A DNA stretch of 64,000 bases from an uncultured Bacilli bacterium (GCA_934086315.1 CAKOHZ010000001.1:251839-315838), one strand, 5' to 3'; positions 35,385 to 48,229 are shown, numbered from the stretch's first letter. Numbers and translations: made by a program. The notes: generated from the letters alone by a model not told the origin.

Positions 35385-37496
35385 CTATGGCTCTAATATG
35401 TTAGGCAAAGCCGTTTTATTACTCTCAGTAGTAGATTCTGTACTTTTTTGAGTATTAGATGCTACTGTAGTAGGCTGCGTTCCTTTTATAAATAAATGCG
35501 TTTGTATTTTAGATGACGGAGTAGAAGCATTAGGAAGTTTTGGAGGATTTGTACCAACTACTACTTTTGATGCAACTATACCACTTGGTCTTTCAAACTT
35601 AGAATTTTCTTCCATTATATTATTAATAATTTCAGCTTGAATTTTATTTCTTTCACTCCAAGCATGAGAAGATGTATTATAGGTTTTCTTAGTTAACTCA
35701 TCATAACCATACCAAATAGCTACACTATAGTCTGGACTAAATGTTGCAGTCCATGAGTCTTGAATAACATTACTACTAAGTCCTAAACTTTTTAATCTAG
35801 CACTATCATAACTACTAGTACCAGTCTTAGTTGAAATTTCTGTTCCTTTTACTTTAATTCTACGAGTAGTAACTTTTTGAAGCATATAACTAATCATATA
35901 TGCAGTAGTATCCTTCATAACTCTATTTTTTTGATAATTAAATTCTACTACCTCATCATTATCATTCTTATATATAATCTTATTAACACTATGAGGTTCA
36001 GTAAAATATCCACCATTACCAAAAGCAGCATAAGCAGCAGCAAGTTGTATAGGACTGACTCCAGTAAATCCACCAATTGAATGAGCTTCATTAATAAAAT
36101 GTGAATTTCCTAAGTATTCAGGAGTGATGCCAAGAGATGTAACAAATTGATCAATCTTAGAATTACTTAGTTTTTGAAAAGCTTGAAGAGCACAAGTGTT
36201 TCTAGATTTAACTAAACATTGTTCTAAAGTCATAAATCCTTTATATTTATAGTCAACATTATTCATAACTCCACCATTAGTATATCTAACCGGTTTATCA
36301 ATAAAAGGAGTATAAGTTGACCAATTTTTAAATTCAATACCAGGTCCATAGTCGAACAATGGTTTAGCAGTACTACCAGGATGTCTCTTAATTTGAGTAG
36401 CATAATTTAAAGAAAGTTCACTATTTTTGTTACGACCAGCACCCACTGCAATAATAGCCCCAGTATCATTATCAATAACACCAATACCAACTTGGACCTT
36501 ATCATCTTTAAATTTATGATTGTTATAAAAGTTATTTATTACATCTTGTTTACTTCTAATCATAGTTGTATATATATCCATAGAAACTTCATAAGGATTT
36601 TCACCAGTTTTATCTATTACTTCTTCTATAACGGTATCTATAAATCCTTGATATTTACTAACATTATTTTTTTGTTTTTTAATAATATCACCAACATAAA
36701 CATTTTTTGCTATATCAGCTTCTGTCTCACTTATATATCCATGTCTTAACATTAAGTTAACAACTTCGTTTTTTCTATCATTTGTTTTATCAGGATTTAC
36801 ATAAGGATCGTATTCTCCAGGTGCTTGAAATAATCCTGCTATAATTGCAGCTTCAACTAAGTTAATATTACTAACATCTTTATCAAAATAAGTTTTTGAA
36901 GCCATTTGTACACCATAACTACCTGCACCTAAGTATGGAGCATTAACATAAAATTCAATAATTTCTTTCTTACTATAATCTTTTTCAATCTTAAAAATAG
37001 ACATATAAATATCAGTAAACTTACGTACTATACCATCAAATCCTTTAGCGTTAGTACTTGTATAAGTATTTTTAGATAATTGCATAGTTAAAGTAGACGC
37101 ACCACCAGCATCTTCACCTTTTAGAAAACCAACTCCAGCTTTTGCAAATCTATATATGTCAAAACCATCATGTTCAAAAAATCTAGAGTCTTCAGTTGCA
37201 ACAATCGCATCAATTAAAACTTGAGGTAACTCTTCATAAGTAACAATTTGTCTTTTTTCAGTACCAATACTAGTAATTAAGTCACCCTTAGAGTCATATA
37301 TATTTGAAGATTCTCTTTTATAAAGCAACTCGCCCTTAAATTCAGGAGCATTCATATAAATATAACAAAAGAATCCAGATACACTAACTATACCTAAAAA
37401 AATCAAAATTATAAAAACTAAACATATATTATTTAAAGTATTATTTTTCTTCTTTTTATTTTTTAACTGTTTCTTAGTATTTTTCTTTCTTTTCAT
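35385..37496 (-). CDS. class A penicillin-binding protein (PBP1A: glycosyltransferase + transpeptidase)
   Basis: GT51 'EDSRFFEHDGFD' and 'GASTLTMQL'; TP 'GSTAKPL'. The start is set at the MKRKK ATG, which follows RBS 'agaggt'. A terminator hairpin overlaps the stop codon (35367..35392). Confidence 0.9.
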   Translation of the reverse strand: MKRKKNTKKQLKNKKKKNNTLNNICLVFIILIFLGIVSVSGFFCYIYMNAPEFKGELLYKRESSNIYDSKGDLITSIGTEKRQIVTYEELPQVLIDAIVATEDSRFFEHDGFDIYRFAKAGVGFLKGEDAGGASTLTMQLSKNTYTSTNAKGFDGIVRKFTDIYMSIFKIEKDYSKKEIIEFYVNAPYLGAGSYGVQMASKTYFDKDVSNINLVEAAIIAGLFQAPGEYDPYVNPDKTNDRKNEVVNLMLRHGYISETEADIAKNVYVGDIIKKQKNNVSKYQGFIDTVIEEVIDKTGENPYEVSMDIYTTMIRSKQDVINNFYNNHKFKDDKVQVGIGVIDNDTGAIIAVGAGRNKNSELSLNYATQIKRHPGSTAKPLFDYGPGIEFKNWSTYTPFIDKPVRYTNGGVMNNVDYKYKGFMTLEQCLVKSRNTCALQAFQKLSNSKIDQFVTSLGITPEYLGNSHFINEAHSIGGFTGVSPIQLAAAYAAFGNGGYFTEPHSVNKIIYKNDNDEVVEFNYQKNRVMKDTTAYMISYMLQKVTTRRIKVKGTEISTKTGTSSYDSARLKSLGLSSNVIQDSWTATFSPDYSVAIWYGYDELTKKTYNTSSHAWSERNKIQAEIINNIMEENSKFERPSGIVASKVVVGTNPPKLPNASTPSSKIQTHLFIKGTQPTTVASNTQKSTESTTESNKTALPNILEP

Positions 37497-37608
37497 AATT
37501 ATTACCTCTATAGACATATCACAATAATATTATTCCCACATAATAGAAATTTATAATCTATTAAAAAAATTAAAAATTTGATATAATGTTTACGAGGGAA
37601 AAGAAAAT

Positions 37609-38556
37609 ATGATGAAATGTGTTGTTATATATAATCCAAATAGTGGAAAGTTAACAAATAGAAATGATGTAAAAAAATTATATAAAATATTTGAAAACTA
37701 TGGCTATGATGTAGAAATAATATATACAGAATATAGAGGACACGCTAAAGAAATAACAAAAAAATTAAAAGATGTTGATCTTTTGATATGCGCTGGTGGA
37801 GATGGAACATTAAATGAGGTAATTTCTGGTAATATAGAAAGACATAAACCAATACTTTTAGGACACTTGCCACTTGGAAGTGTAAACGATGTTGCTCACA
37901 TGTATGGTATGACTGGAAATACAACTAAAAACCTAGTAATGTTATTAAACGGAGCACAAAAGAATATAGATGTATGTCTAATAAATGGAAACCCTTTTGT
38001 ATATGTAGCATGTATAGGTGCTTGGGTTGACATATCATATTCAACACCAAGAAAATTAAAGGAAAAATATGGTAAACTTGCATACGTTATTTATGGAATT
38101 CAACAATTAAAACAAAAATTACAATTCTATAATGTAAAATATACTGTAAATGGAGAAGAGCATGAAGGAAGATTTTCATTTATATTTATAACAAACTCAA
38201 ATAGAGTTGGTGGAGTAGATAACATATATGATGATGTTAAATTAGATGACAATAAATTTGAAGTATTACTTTGTGAAATTAAAAATAAATGGGATATTAT
38301 AAGAGCAGTTCATTATTTAAAGAGAAGAGAATTAAATGATATACCGGTATTTAAATATTTTAAAACTGATAAAATAAAACTTGAATTTGATGAAGTACCT
38401 CCTTCTTGGTGTATTGATGGAGATGAACTTACACATGAAACAAATGAATTTAAAATAGAAATAAACAAAGATAATTACATGTTACTTCCAACTAAAAATA
38501 TTGATAAATTATTTGAAAAAGCTGTAAATTCTGATGAAGAACTAGACGAAGAGTAG
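37609..38556 (+). CDS. diacylglycerol/lipid kinase family protein
   Basis: 'CAGGDGTLNEV' and the overall DAGK_cat layout. Confidence 0.8.
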   Translation: MMKCVVIYNPNSGKLTNRNDVKKLYKIFENYGYDVEIIYTEYRGHAKEITKKLKDVDLLICAGGDGTLNEVISGNIERHKPILLGHLPLGSVNDVAHMYGMTGNTTKNLVMLLNGAQKNIDVCLINGNPFVYVACIGAWVDISYSTPRKLKEKYGKLAYVIYGIQQLKQKLQFYNVKYTVNGEEHEGRFSFIFITNSNRVGGVDNIYDDVKLDDNKFEVLLCEIKNKWDIIRAVHYLKRRELNDIPVFKYFKTDKIKLEFDEVPPSWCIDGDELTHETNEFKIEINKDNYMLLPTKNIDKLFEKAVNSDEELDEE

Positions 38557-38646
38557 TCTAGTTTTTTTAGTGCAAGAATAAAAAAATAAAAACACTTATA
38601 ACCAAGATATTTCACAATAAAAATATTTACTATGAGTAATAAAAAT

Positions 38647-40308
<1,662 letters not shown>

Positions 40309-40375
40309 TTACAAAATATATTTAAAAAAAATAAAATGTATATTATAATATATCTAGAATAAGGAGTGGGCTTGA

Positions 40376-41338
40376 GTGAATATAGTGTTATCTATAATTT
40401 TACTTTTAATTGGGTTTTATGGCTTAATTAAATGTTCTGATATATTTGTAGATGCGATAAGTTCTATTGCAACTAATTTTAAGATGTCTAAAATGATGAT
40501 AGCACTTACTGTTGCTGCATTTGGTACATGTGCTCCAGAATTCGCAATATCATTCCAAAGTATAAGTTCAGGTAGTGGAGATATAGCTCTTGCTAATGTA
40601 CTTGGAAGTAACGTTGTTAATATCTTGTTAATAATTGGTTTAGCTGCATGTGTAGCTCCTATAAGAGTAAAAAATGATGTTACAAAAAAAGAGTTACCAA
40701 TATTGCTTGTTATAACAACGGTATTTAGTTTATCAATTATTGCTCACTACATTGGAAGAACACCTGATAGCTTTATACTTGATAGATACGATGGATTATT
40801 ATTTATATTCTTCTTTGGAGTATTTATATTCTATATAATATCGGTTGTAAAATCGAAACAAGGATTCTTTGAATATAGCAAACCTAAGTATAAAATGCTA
40901 ACATCTATATTATTAAGTATTGCCTGTTGTGTTGGTATAATTATAGCAAGCGACTTAGTAGTAGATAATGCAAAGGTACTAGCAGAAGCACTAAATGTAA
41001 GTACTAAAATAATTACTATGACTGTTATAGTAATTGGAACCTCTCTTCCTGAAATGACTATGACAGTAGTTGCCGCTAAAAAGGGCGAATTTGATATAGC
41101 ACTTGGCAACATAATTGGCACAAATATTTTTAACATAGGTATAGTTTTAGGACTTCCACTTCTAATATATGGTGGTTTCTCGTCTACTAATTTTAACCTT
41201 ATAGATGTACTCGCTGTTCATATAGCAGCATTCACTTTATACTTTTTTGCACGTAATGATAAAGTACTTTCTAGATTAGAAGGCGCACTTATGATATTAA
41301 TGTTTATTGCATACTATACATATGTTTTGTTAGCATAA
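40376..41338 (+). CDS. calcium/sodium antiporter (CaCA/YrbG family)
   Basis: Duplicated alpha-repeats 'GTCAPEFAIS' and 'GTSLPEMTM'. GTG start after 'aaggag'. Confidence 0.8.
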   Translation: MNIVLSIILLLIGFYGLIKCSDIFVDAISSIATNFKMSKMMIALTVAAFGTCAPEFAISFQSISSGSGDIALANVLGSNVVNILLIIGLAACVAPIRVKNDVTKKELPILLVITTVFSLSIIAHYIGRTPDSFILDRYDGLLFIFFFGVFIFYIISVVKSKQGFFEYSKPKYKMLTSILLSIACCVGIIIASDLVVDNAKVLAEALNVSTKIITMTVIVIGTSLPEMTMTVVAAKKGEFDIALGNIIGTNIFNIGIVLGLPLLIYGGFSSTNFNLIDVLAVHIAAFTLYFFARNDKVLSRLEGALMILMFIAYYTYVLLA

Positions 41339-41396
41339 ACTTGCAATACCTTACATTTTTCTATATAATAATTATAGAATTGTGAGGTATTTTATA

Positions 41397-42275
41397 ATGA
41401 AAAAGAAATTCGGCGACAGAAGAGATGGTAAAAGAGTTAAAGTAGATGGATTACACCAACTATGTATAGACTTAAAGCCAAGAAGATGTGATGCAGATGT
41501 TTACATTAATCAAAGTATAGATGTAACAAATCTAGTAAAATACATTGAAAAGAAGAAAAAAGATAATCCAGATATGAAGATAACTTATTTTCATGCTTTT
41601 ACCATGGCATTTGTAAAATTATTTTATAATAGAGAATTGTTAAATAGATTTATATGCGACAGAAAAACATATAGAAGAAATGATGTAGTTATAGCATTCG
41701 TAGCTAAAATAGCATTTAATGATTCAAGTGAAGAAGTTATGATTAACTTAAAAGTAGATGAAGATGATACATTGGAATCTATTGCTAAAAAGATTAGTAA
41801 AAGAGTTAATAAAGTTAGAACTTCTAAACAAACAGACAAGAAAGAAAATACTAACAACGCAGTAGATGTTATTGGACATATGCCAGGCATTATTAGAATA
41901 CCTCTAGTAGGATTTATTAAATGGTTAGATAAAAAAGGATGGATACCAAGTAGTTTAGTAGATGATAATATTTATTATAGCACAGTTATTCTATCTAACT
42001 TAGGTAACTTAGGAATAGGTTCAATTTATCATAACCTTACTAACTTTGGTACAAGTTCAATGCTTGCTACAATGGGAAAAATTCACAAAGAAACAATAGT
42101 TGATGAAAATGATAATACAAAAGTAATTGATGTTTGCGACTTTGGAGTAAATATGGATGAAAGAATAGCTGATGGTTATTATTTTGCCAAATCATTAAAA
42201 ATGTTTGAGTATATACTTAGTAAACCAGAATTACTAGAAGAAAGAGCTGATACAAAAATAGATTATGAAGAATAG
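41397..42275 (+). CDS. 2-oxoacid dehydrogenase acyltransferase catalytic-domain family protein (CAT-like)
   Basis: C-terminal 'DERIADGYYFAKSL' corresponds to the D-H-R-x-x-D-G active-site block, here with E in place of H. The ATG at 41397 follows 'gtgaggt'. Confidence 0.55.
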   Translation: MKKKFGDRRDGKRVKVDGLHQLCIDLKPRRCDADVYINQSIDVTNLVKYIEKKKKDNPDMKITYFHAFTMAFVKLFYNRELLNRFICDRKTYRRNDVVIAFVAKIAFNDSSEEVMINLKVDEDDTLESIAKKISKRVNKVRTSKQTDKKENTNNAVDVIGHMPGIIRIPLVGFIKWLDKKGWIPSSLVDDNIYYSTVILSNLGNLGIGSIYHNLTNFGTSSMLATMGKIHKETIVDENDNTKVIDVCDFGVNMDERIADGYYFAKSLKMFEYILSKPELLEERADTKIDYEE

Positions 42276-44124
42276 TGAAGAAAAAATAATAGATAAAAAA
42301 CAAGAAAGAATAAATAAGAAAGAAGAACGTAAAGTTCAAAAAGAAAAACTTCGTATTTTAAAGGACGAAGCTAAAAAGATAAAAAAAGAACAAAAAGAAT
42401 ATGATAGAGCTATACGTAAGAATATAGTTTTAACACCATGGACAAAATACTATACTAATGGTGTAGAAGAACATTTAAAGTATCCTAATGGTACAATGGT
42501 AGGATATTTACTTGAAGCAGTAGCAAGATATCCAGAAGACACCGCTATTGAATATTATGGAAGAACTTATACTTATAGAGGATTCTATGAGATGATAAGA
42601 GACACAGCAAAATCATTAAGAGCTGAAGGAGTAAAAGAAGGAGATAAAATAGCAATATTTATGCCAAATACACCTCAAGCTGTAATGATGTTTTATGCTG
42701 CAAATATGGTTGGAGCAGTAGTTGCTTTAATACACCCAATGTCAGCAGAAAACGAAATACAAGATTATTTAAATACATCAGGTGCAACTTTCCTTTTAAC
42801 ATTAGATTTAATATATGAAAAAATACATAATATAGTAGATAATACTAAAGTAAATAAAATAGTTGTTGCTTCAGTAGGCGAAAGTTTAAAAAATATAAAG
42901 AAATTCTTATATAAATTTAAAAGTAGAGGTTCTGTACCTAAAATAGAACTTTCTGATGATATCATGACATGGAAAGAATTTATTAATTATGGATATGATT
43001 ATGAAGGAGAAATAGCCTGTCTTAAAGGACCAAATGATCCAGCTGTAATTCTTTATAGTGGTGGAACAAGTGGTAAACCTAAAGGAATACTTCTATCTAA
43101 CCTTAACTTTAATGCACTAGCACTAACTAGTCATAAAATGATAGAACAATCAGGTAATAAAGAATCTATTTTGGCAATTCTACCTATATTCCATGGTTTT
43201 GGTTTAGGCGTTTGTATTCATACAACACTTTGTTGTGGTATGAGAGTAGTATTGATACCAAACTTCTCACCTAAAGAATTTGCTCATTTACTTCATAAAC
43301 ATGAAATATCAATTGTTTGTGCAGTACCATCTCTTTATGAAAGCATGACTAAAATGAAACTAGGCAAACATGATTTATCACATCTTAAATGTGCGATAAG
43401 TGGTGGAGACTTCATGTCAAGAGATTTAAAAGAAAAAGTAGATCAATACTTCAAAGAACATGGGAGTACAGCGGAAGTAAGAGTAGGATATGGTCTTACA
43501 GAAGCAAGTGCAGCTATATGTGCAACACCAACAGGTGAATATAGAGAAGGTTCTATAGGTATACCATTCCCAGATACATACTTCAAAATAGTAAAAATAG
43601 GTACACACGATACAGTACCATATGGAGAAGATGGAGAAATATGTATAAGTGGACCAACTGTTATGATGGGATACTTAAATAACTTAGAAGAAACAATTCA
43701 AACACTTCAAGTACACAAAGATGGAAGAACTTGGTTACATACAGGTGATGTAGGCTGCATGGATAAAGATGGATTTGTATACTTCAAACAAAGAGTTAAA
43801 AGAATAATAATTTCAAATGGATATAATTTATATCCTTCTCACATAGAAACAATACTAAACCAACATCCAGCAGTATTCACAAGTACAGTAATTGGAATAC
43901 CACATCCAAGAAAAGTACAAGTAGCAAAAGCGTTTATAGTGTTAAAAGAAGGTTATACTCCAAGTAAAGAACTTGAAAAAGATATTAGAAAACATTGTGA
44001 AAAGAACTTAGCTATATATAGTTTACCAGCAGAATATGAATTTAGAGAATCACTTCCTAAAACAGCAGTTGGTAAAGTAGCTTATAGAGAACTTGAAAAA
44101 GAAGAAATGAATAAGGAGAAGTAG
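42265..44124 (+). CDS. AMP-binding acyl-CoA/acyl-ACP ligase with a Lys-rich N-terminal extension
   Basis: 'LYSGGTSGKPKGI', 'GYGLTE' and 'TGDVG' adenylation motifs. The first ~55 aa are K/E-rich. Confidence 0.85.
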   Translation: MKNSEEKIIDKKQERINKKEERKVQKEKLRILKDEAKKIKKEQKEYDRAIRKNIVLTPWTKYYTNGVEEHLKYPNGTMVGYLLEAVARYPEDTAIEYYGRTYTYRGFYEMIRDTAKSLRAEGVKEGDKIAIFMPNTPQAVMMFYAANMVGAVVALIHPMSAENEIQDYLNTSGATFLLTLDLIYEKIHNIVDNTKVNKIVVASVGESLKNIKKFLYKFKSRGSVPKIELSDDIMTWKEFINYGYDYEGEIACLKGPNDPAVILYSGGTSGKPKGILLSNLNFNALALTSHKMIEQSGNKESILAILPIFHGFGLGVCIHTTLCCGMRVVLIPNFSPKEFAHLLHKHEISIVCAVPSLYESMTKMKLGKHDLSHLKCAISGGDFMSRDLKEKVDQYFKEHGSTAEVRVGYGLTEASAAICATPTGEYREGSIGIPFPDTYFKIVKIGTHDTVPYGEDGEICISGPTVMMGYLNNLEETIQTLQVHKDGRTWLHTGDVGCMDKDGFVYFKQRVKRIIISNGYNLYPSHIETILNQHPAVFTSTVIGIPHPRKVQVAKAFIVLKEGYTPSKELEKDIRKHCEKNLAIYSLPAEYEFRESLPKTAVGKVAYRELEKEEMNKEK

Positions 44125-44126
44125 AT

Positions 44127-45515
44127 ATGAAAAAGTATGATGTGGCAATTATAGGAGCAGGACCTGCTGGATTATTCTGTGCCTATGAACTTAAAGAAAA
44201 AAATCCAAAACTAAAAGTAGCACTTATAGACAAAGGACATAGAGCAGAAACAAGAATGTGCCCAATGAAAGTCAATGGTGGAAAATGTGTTAACTGTAAA
44301 GTATGCCAAATCTTATCAGGATATGGTGGTGCGGGAACATTCTCAGATGGAAAACTAAACTTTATACCAAAATTAGGTAAAAGTGATTTATTTAAGTATA
44401 TGTCACAATCAGAAGCATATCAAATTATAGATGATACAGAAGAGATATTCACTAAATTCAAAATGGATAGTGATGTTTATCCTTCTAATATGGACGAAGC
44501 AAACCAAATAAAAAAAGAAGTTGCTAAAGCAGGAGCAAGACTTCTAGTTATAAAGCAAAAACACTTAGGAAGTGATAAACTTCCAGGATATATAAAAGAT
44601 TTTACTGACTATTTAGAAAACAAAGGAGTAGATATTTATGAAAACTCTAATGTTGAAGACATAATCAGCAAAAAAGAAGATGAACATGAACTAGTCATAA
44701 ATAGTGAACATAGTATTACAGCAAAGAATGTAGTAGTAGCTCCAGGAAGAACAGGAGCTAAATGGGTACAAGAATTAGCCGATAAATATAAGATACCATA
44801 TACTAGTCAAAGTATAGAAATAGGTGTAAGAGTAGAAGTTAGAAAAGAAATTTTAGAGGACATAACTAACGTAATTTATGATCCAACAATATTCATTAAA
44901 ACCGATACATACACTGATGAAATAAGAACATTCTGTACTAATCCAGGTGGATTCGTAGCTAAAGAAAATTACTATGGATTTATATGTGTAAATGGTCACT
45001 CACTAAAAGATATTAAATCAAATAATTCAAATTTTGCATTTATTAGTAAAGTTGGACTTACTGAACCAGTAACAAATACTAGATTATATGGAGAAAGTAT
45101 TGCTAGAATTGCTAACACTTTAGGAGACGGAAAACCAATTATTCAGTCACTTCGCGATTTAAAAAGAGGAAGACGTAGTGAATGGAAAAGAATAAATAAA
45201 GGATTTATTGAACCAACTCTTAAAGACTGCGTAGCTGGAGATTTATCACTAGTACTACCTCATAGAATAATAACAAATATTTTAGAAGGACTAGAAAAAT
45301 TAGATAAAATAATACCAGGTGTTAACAACGATGAAACATTACTTTATGGACCAGAAATAAAATTTTTTAGTAATGAAATAGATACTAACAATAAATTCAA
45401 ATTAGAAAAATATAATATATATTTTGTAGGAGACGGTGCTGGTAAAGCAGGAAACATAGTAACTGCAGCTGCAACAGGCTTAGTGGCAGCAAGAGATATA
45501 ATAGAGAAAAAATAA
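44127..45515 (+). CDS. FAD-dependent oxidoreductase (COG2509-type)
   Basis: Dinucleotide fold 'YDVAIIGAGPAGL' and C-terminal 'VGDGAGKAGNIVTAA'. Confidence 0.75.
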   Translation: MKKYDVAIIGAGPAGLFCAYELKEKNPKLKVALIDKGHRAETRMCPMKVNGGKCVNCKVCQILSGYGGAGTFSDGKLNFIPKLGKSDLFKYMSQSEAYQIIDDTEEIFTKFKMDSDVYPSNMDEANQIKKEVAKAGARLLVIKQKHLGSDKLPGYIKDFTDYLENKGVDIYENSNVEDIISKKEDEHELVINSEHSITAKNVVVAPGRTGAKWVQELADKYKIPYTSQSIEIGVRVEVRKEILEDITNVIYDPTIFIKTDTYTDEIRTFCTNPGGFVAKENYYGFICVNGHSLKDIKSNNSNFAFISKVGLTEPVTNTRLYGESIARIANTLGDGKPIIQSLRDLKRGRRSEWKRINKGFIEPTLKDCVAGDLSLVLPHRIITNILEGLEKLDKIIPGVNNDETLLYGPEIKFFSNEIDTNNKFKLEKYNIYFVGDGAGKAGNIVTAAATGLVAARDIIEKK

Positions 45516-45516
45516 T

Positions 45517-46470
45517 ATGACAAAAGAAGAAAGAGAAAGAATTTACGAATACTTTAATTTAATAGTATGTGCTAAAGATTCTTTTGTCGTAGATTTTTTA
45601 GACGATTATAAAGATTACATAGAAATGTTAGCTAGTAGTGCTATAGAACATCTAGAAGGGGTGAAAGAACTATCAGAACCAAAAAAAGATTTAACTGATA
45701 ATGGTGTTATTCATACAATAGAATTAGCTAGAGAATTTCTTGATTCGATAAGTGATAAATATGGAAAAGAATTTGAAACAGCAATACAAGATGGTACAAT
45801 AAATTTATATTATTTAAAAGAAAAAGAAGAGATAGATAAAAAGGAAGATTATTCATATTTTACACCTAGACATGACGATGGGTTTAGAATAATAAATGAA
45901 CCTCTTGAAGCAAACATAACAGACACTTGCATACTTGTACATGAATTTATACATCTACAGAATGTTGATACACTCGACCCATCATTTGAACAATTATATC
46001 TAACAGAAGGTATATCAAGGACATATGAATTATTGTTTTATAAATTTTTAAAAGATAATTTGATACTAAAAGAAGAAAATAATGTAATAGTAAAAAGATT
46101 TTTAAAAAGATACTTAAGAAGAGCGCGTCAAATGAAAATATTAACAAATGTAATAAGAATGTATGATGAAGGTAAAGCAGATATAACAAAGTTAAAAGAT
46201 AATTATGAAGAAGCTAAAGATATGTATGTTAAATTGAGTAAATCCTTAAAATACTTTATAGGTGAATCTATAGCTATATATACATATCAAAATATATTAA
46301 GAGGTATAGTTACTCCAAAGAATATTGAACAAATGAGCGATAATCTAGGAGCTCACGAAAATTTTACATCTTTAAACTACGTACTACCAAAGTTTCCAAA
46401 CAAAGATGAATTTGGAGAATCCATCGAAACACTTAAGGAAGAAATAAAAGATAAGACTATGAAACTATAA
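45517..46470 (+). CDS. hypothetical protein with an HExxH motif
   Basis: 'CILVHEFIHLQN'. No family assigned. Confidence 0.5.
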   Translation: MTKEERERIYEYFNLIVCAKDSFVVDFLDDYKDYIEMLASSAIEHLEGVKELSEPKKDLTDNGVIHTIELAREFLDSISDKYGKEFETAIQDGTINLYYLKEKEEIDKKEDYSYFTPRHDDGFRIINEPLEANITDTCILVHEFIHLQNVDTLDPSFEQLYLTEGISRTYELLFYKFLKDNLILKEENNVIVKRFLKRYLRRARQMKILTNVIRMYDEGKADITKLKDNYEEAKDMYVKLSKSLKYFIGESIAIYTYQNILRGIVTPKNIEQMSDNLGAHENFTSLNYVLPKFPNKDEFGESIETLKEEIKDKTMKL

Positions 46471-46559
46471 TTCATAGTTTTTTAATTATTTAAACTTTTA
46501 TTCTTTTAAATGATTTTAATATATGTTAAAATATTACATAGATAAGAGAGGTAACTATC

Positions 46560-47348
46560 GTGGGAAAAATAATATCATTAGTAAATCAAAAAGGTGGAGT
46601 AGGCAAGACAACAACAAGTATAAATTTATCTAGTTCCCTAGGACATTTAGGTAAAAAAGTTTTACTAATTGACTTAGATCCACAAAGTAACAGCACAACT
46701 GGACTTGGGATAAACAGAGGTAAAATTAAAAAAAGTATATATAATGTTATAATGGGTGAATGTGATATTAAAGAAACAATCATAAAAACACCATATAAAA
46801 ATTTAAGTATTATTCCTGCATTAATAGATTTAGCAGGTGTAGATATAGAATTAATTCAAATAAGTGTACAAGATAAAGAATTTATAATCACAGAACAATT
46901 AAAAAAACAATTAGATACTATTAGAGATAGATATGATTATATAATTATAGATTGTCCACCTAACTTAGGTATATTAACTACTAATGCATTAGCTGCATCA
47001 GATTCAGTATTAATACCAATTCAATGTGAATATTACTCATTAGAAGGAGTTAATCAATTATTACATACAGTCATTAGAATACAACAAAAAGTTAACTCTA
47101 ATTTAGATATAGAGGGAGTTTTGTTAACAATGCTAGATGGAAGAACATTGTTAGGTCTAGAAGTAGTAGAAGATGTACGTAAATTCTTTAATGAAAAAGT
47201 ATTTAGTACAATTATTCCAAGACTTGTAAAACTAGTAGAAGCACCATCACATGGAAAACCAATATTAGAGTATGATCCAAAAAGTAAAGGTGCCCTAGCA
47301 TATTTAAATTTAGCCAAAGAGGTGATTGAAAGAAATGGAAACAAATAA
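46560..47348 (+). CDS. soj: ParA/Soj chromosome partitioning ATPase
   Basis: Deviant Walker A 'NQKGGVGKTTT'. GTG start after 'agagaggt'. Confidence 0.9.
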   Translation: MGKIISLVNQKGGVGKTTTSINLSSSLGHLGKKVLLIDLDPQSNSTTGLGINRGKIKKSIYNVIMGECDIKETIIKTPYKNLSIIPALIDLAGVDIELIQISVQDKEFIITEQLKKQLDTIRDRYDYIIIDCPPNLGILTTNALAASDSVLIPIQCEYYSLEGVNQLLHTVIRIQQKVNSNLDIEGVLLTMLDGRTLLGLEVVEDVRKFFNEKVFSTIIPRLVKLVEAPSHGKPILEYDPKSKGALAYLNLAKEVIERNGNK

Positions 47349-48228
47349 GAGAAAAGCACTAGGAAGAGGTTTAGAACAATTATTTAGTAATGAGTCACTA
47401 TATGTAAATCCAATTGATCCAATTGAAGAAATAGTAGAAAATACTCCAAAAGAAGATATTGTTGAATTAAACGTAAGTGAACTTAGAAGTAATCCATATC
47501 AACCAAGAAAAACATTTGAACAAGAAAAATTAGTAGAACTAGCAAACTCAATTAAAGAGTTTGGTGTTTTAGAACCAATTATAGTTAAAAAGACTATAAA
47601 AGGTTATGAAATAGTTGCTGGTGAAAGAAGAAAGAAAGCATGTGAATTAGTTGGAGTAGAAAAAATACCAGCTATTATAAAAGACTTTACTGATGAAGAA
47701 ATGATGCAAATAGCGCTTCTTGAAAATATACAACGTGAAGACTTATCAGCAATAGAAGAAGCAGAAGCATATGCAAACTTAATTAAAGCATTAAATATAA
47801 CTCAAGAACAATTAGCTAATAAAATAGGTAAAAGTAGAAGTTATATAACAAACATGTTAGGACTTTTAAATTTACCAGAATCAGTTAAAAATGATATATT
47901 ACATGGATTAATATCAATGGGACATGCAAAAGTATTAAGTAAACTTGAAAACGAAGAATTAATATTAGAATTAGCTGAAAAAGTAAAATTAGAACACTTA
48001 TCAGTACGTGCATTAGAAGCATTAGCTCAAAATCCAAATTATAAAAGAAAAAATGAAATAGTTAAAATTCAACCAGTAAATACTTATGGATATGTTGAAG
48101 AAGCAATGAGAGATGCTATTGGTAGTAGAGTTAAAATTAAAAACAAAAAAATAATCATTCCATTTAATAGTGACAAAGACTTAGAAAGAGTTCTTGAAAT
48201 ATTAAATATAGAAGTGAAAGTTGATTAA
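47335..48228 (+). CDS. spo0J: ParB/Spo0J
   Basis: 'ALGRGLEQLF', 'NPYQPRK', 'EPIIV', 'GERRKKA' and HTH 'QEQLANKIGKSRSYITN'. Confidence 0.9.
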   Translation: METNKRKALGRGLEQLFSNESLYVNPIDPIEEIVENTPKEDIVELNVSELRSNPYQPRKTFEQEKLVELANSIKEFGVLEPIIVKKTIKGYEIVAGERRKKACELVGVEKIPAIIKDFTDEEMMQIALLENIQREDLSAIEEAEAYANLIKALNITQEQLANKIGKSRSYITNMLGLLNLPESVKNDILHGLISMGHAKVLSKLENEELILELAEKVKLEHLSVRALEALAQNPNYKRKNEIVKIQPVNTYGYVEEAMRDAIGSRVKIKNKKIIIPFNSDKDLERVLEILNIEVKVD

Positions 48229-48229
48229 A

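Noticed and set aside
47326-48228. parS site inside spo0J (for example around 47730, 'atacaacgtgaagac')
   Set aside because: It has too many mismatches to TGTTNCACGTGAAACA. No convincing 16-bp palindrome was seen in or near parAB in this window.
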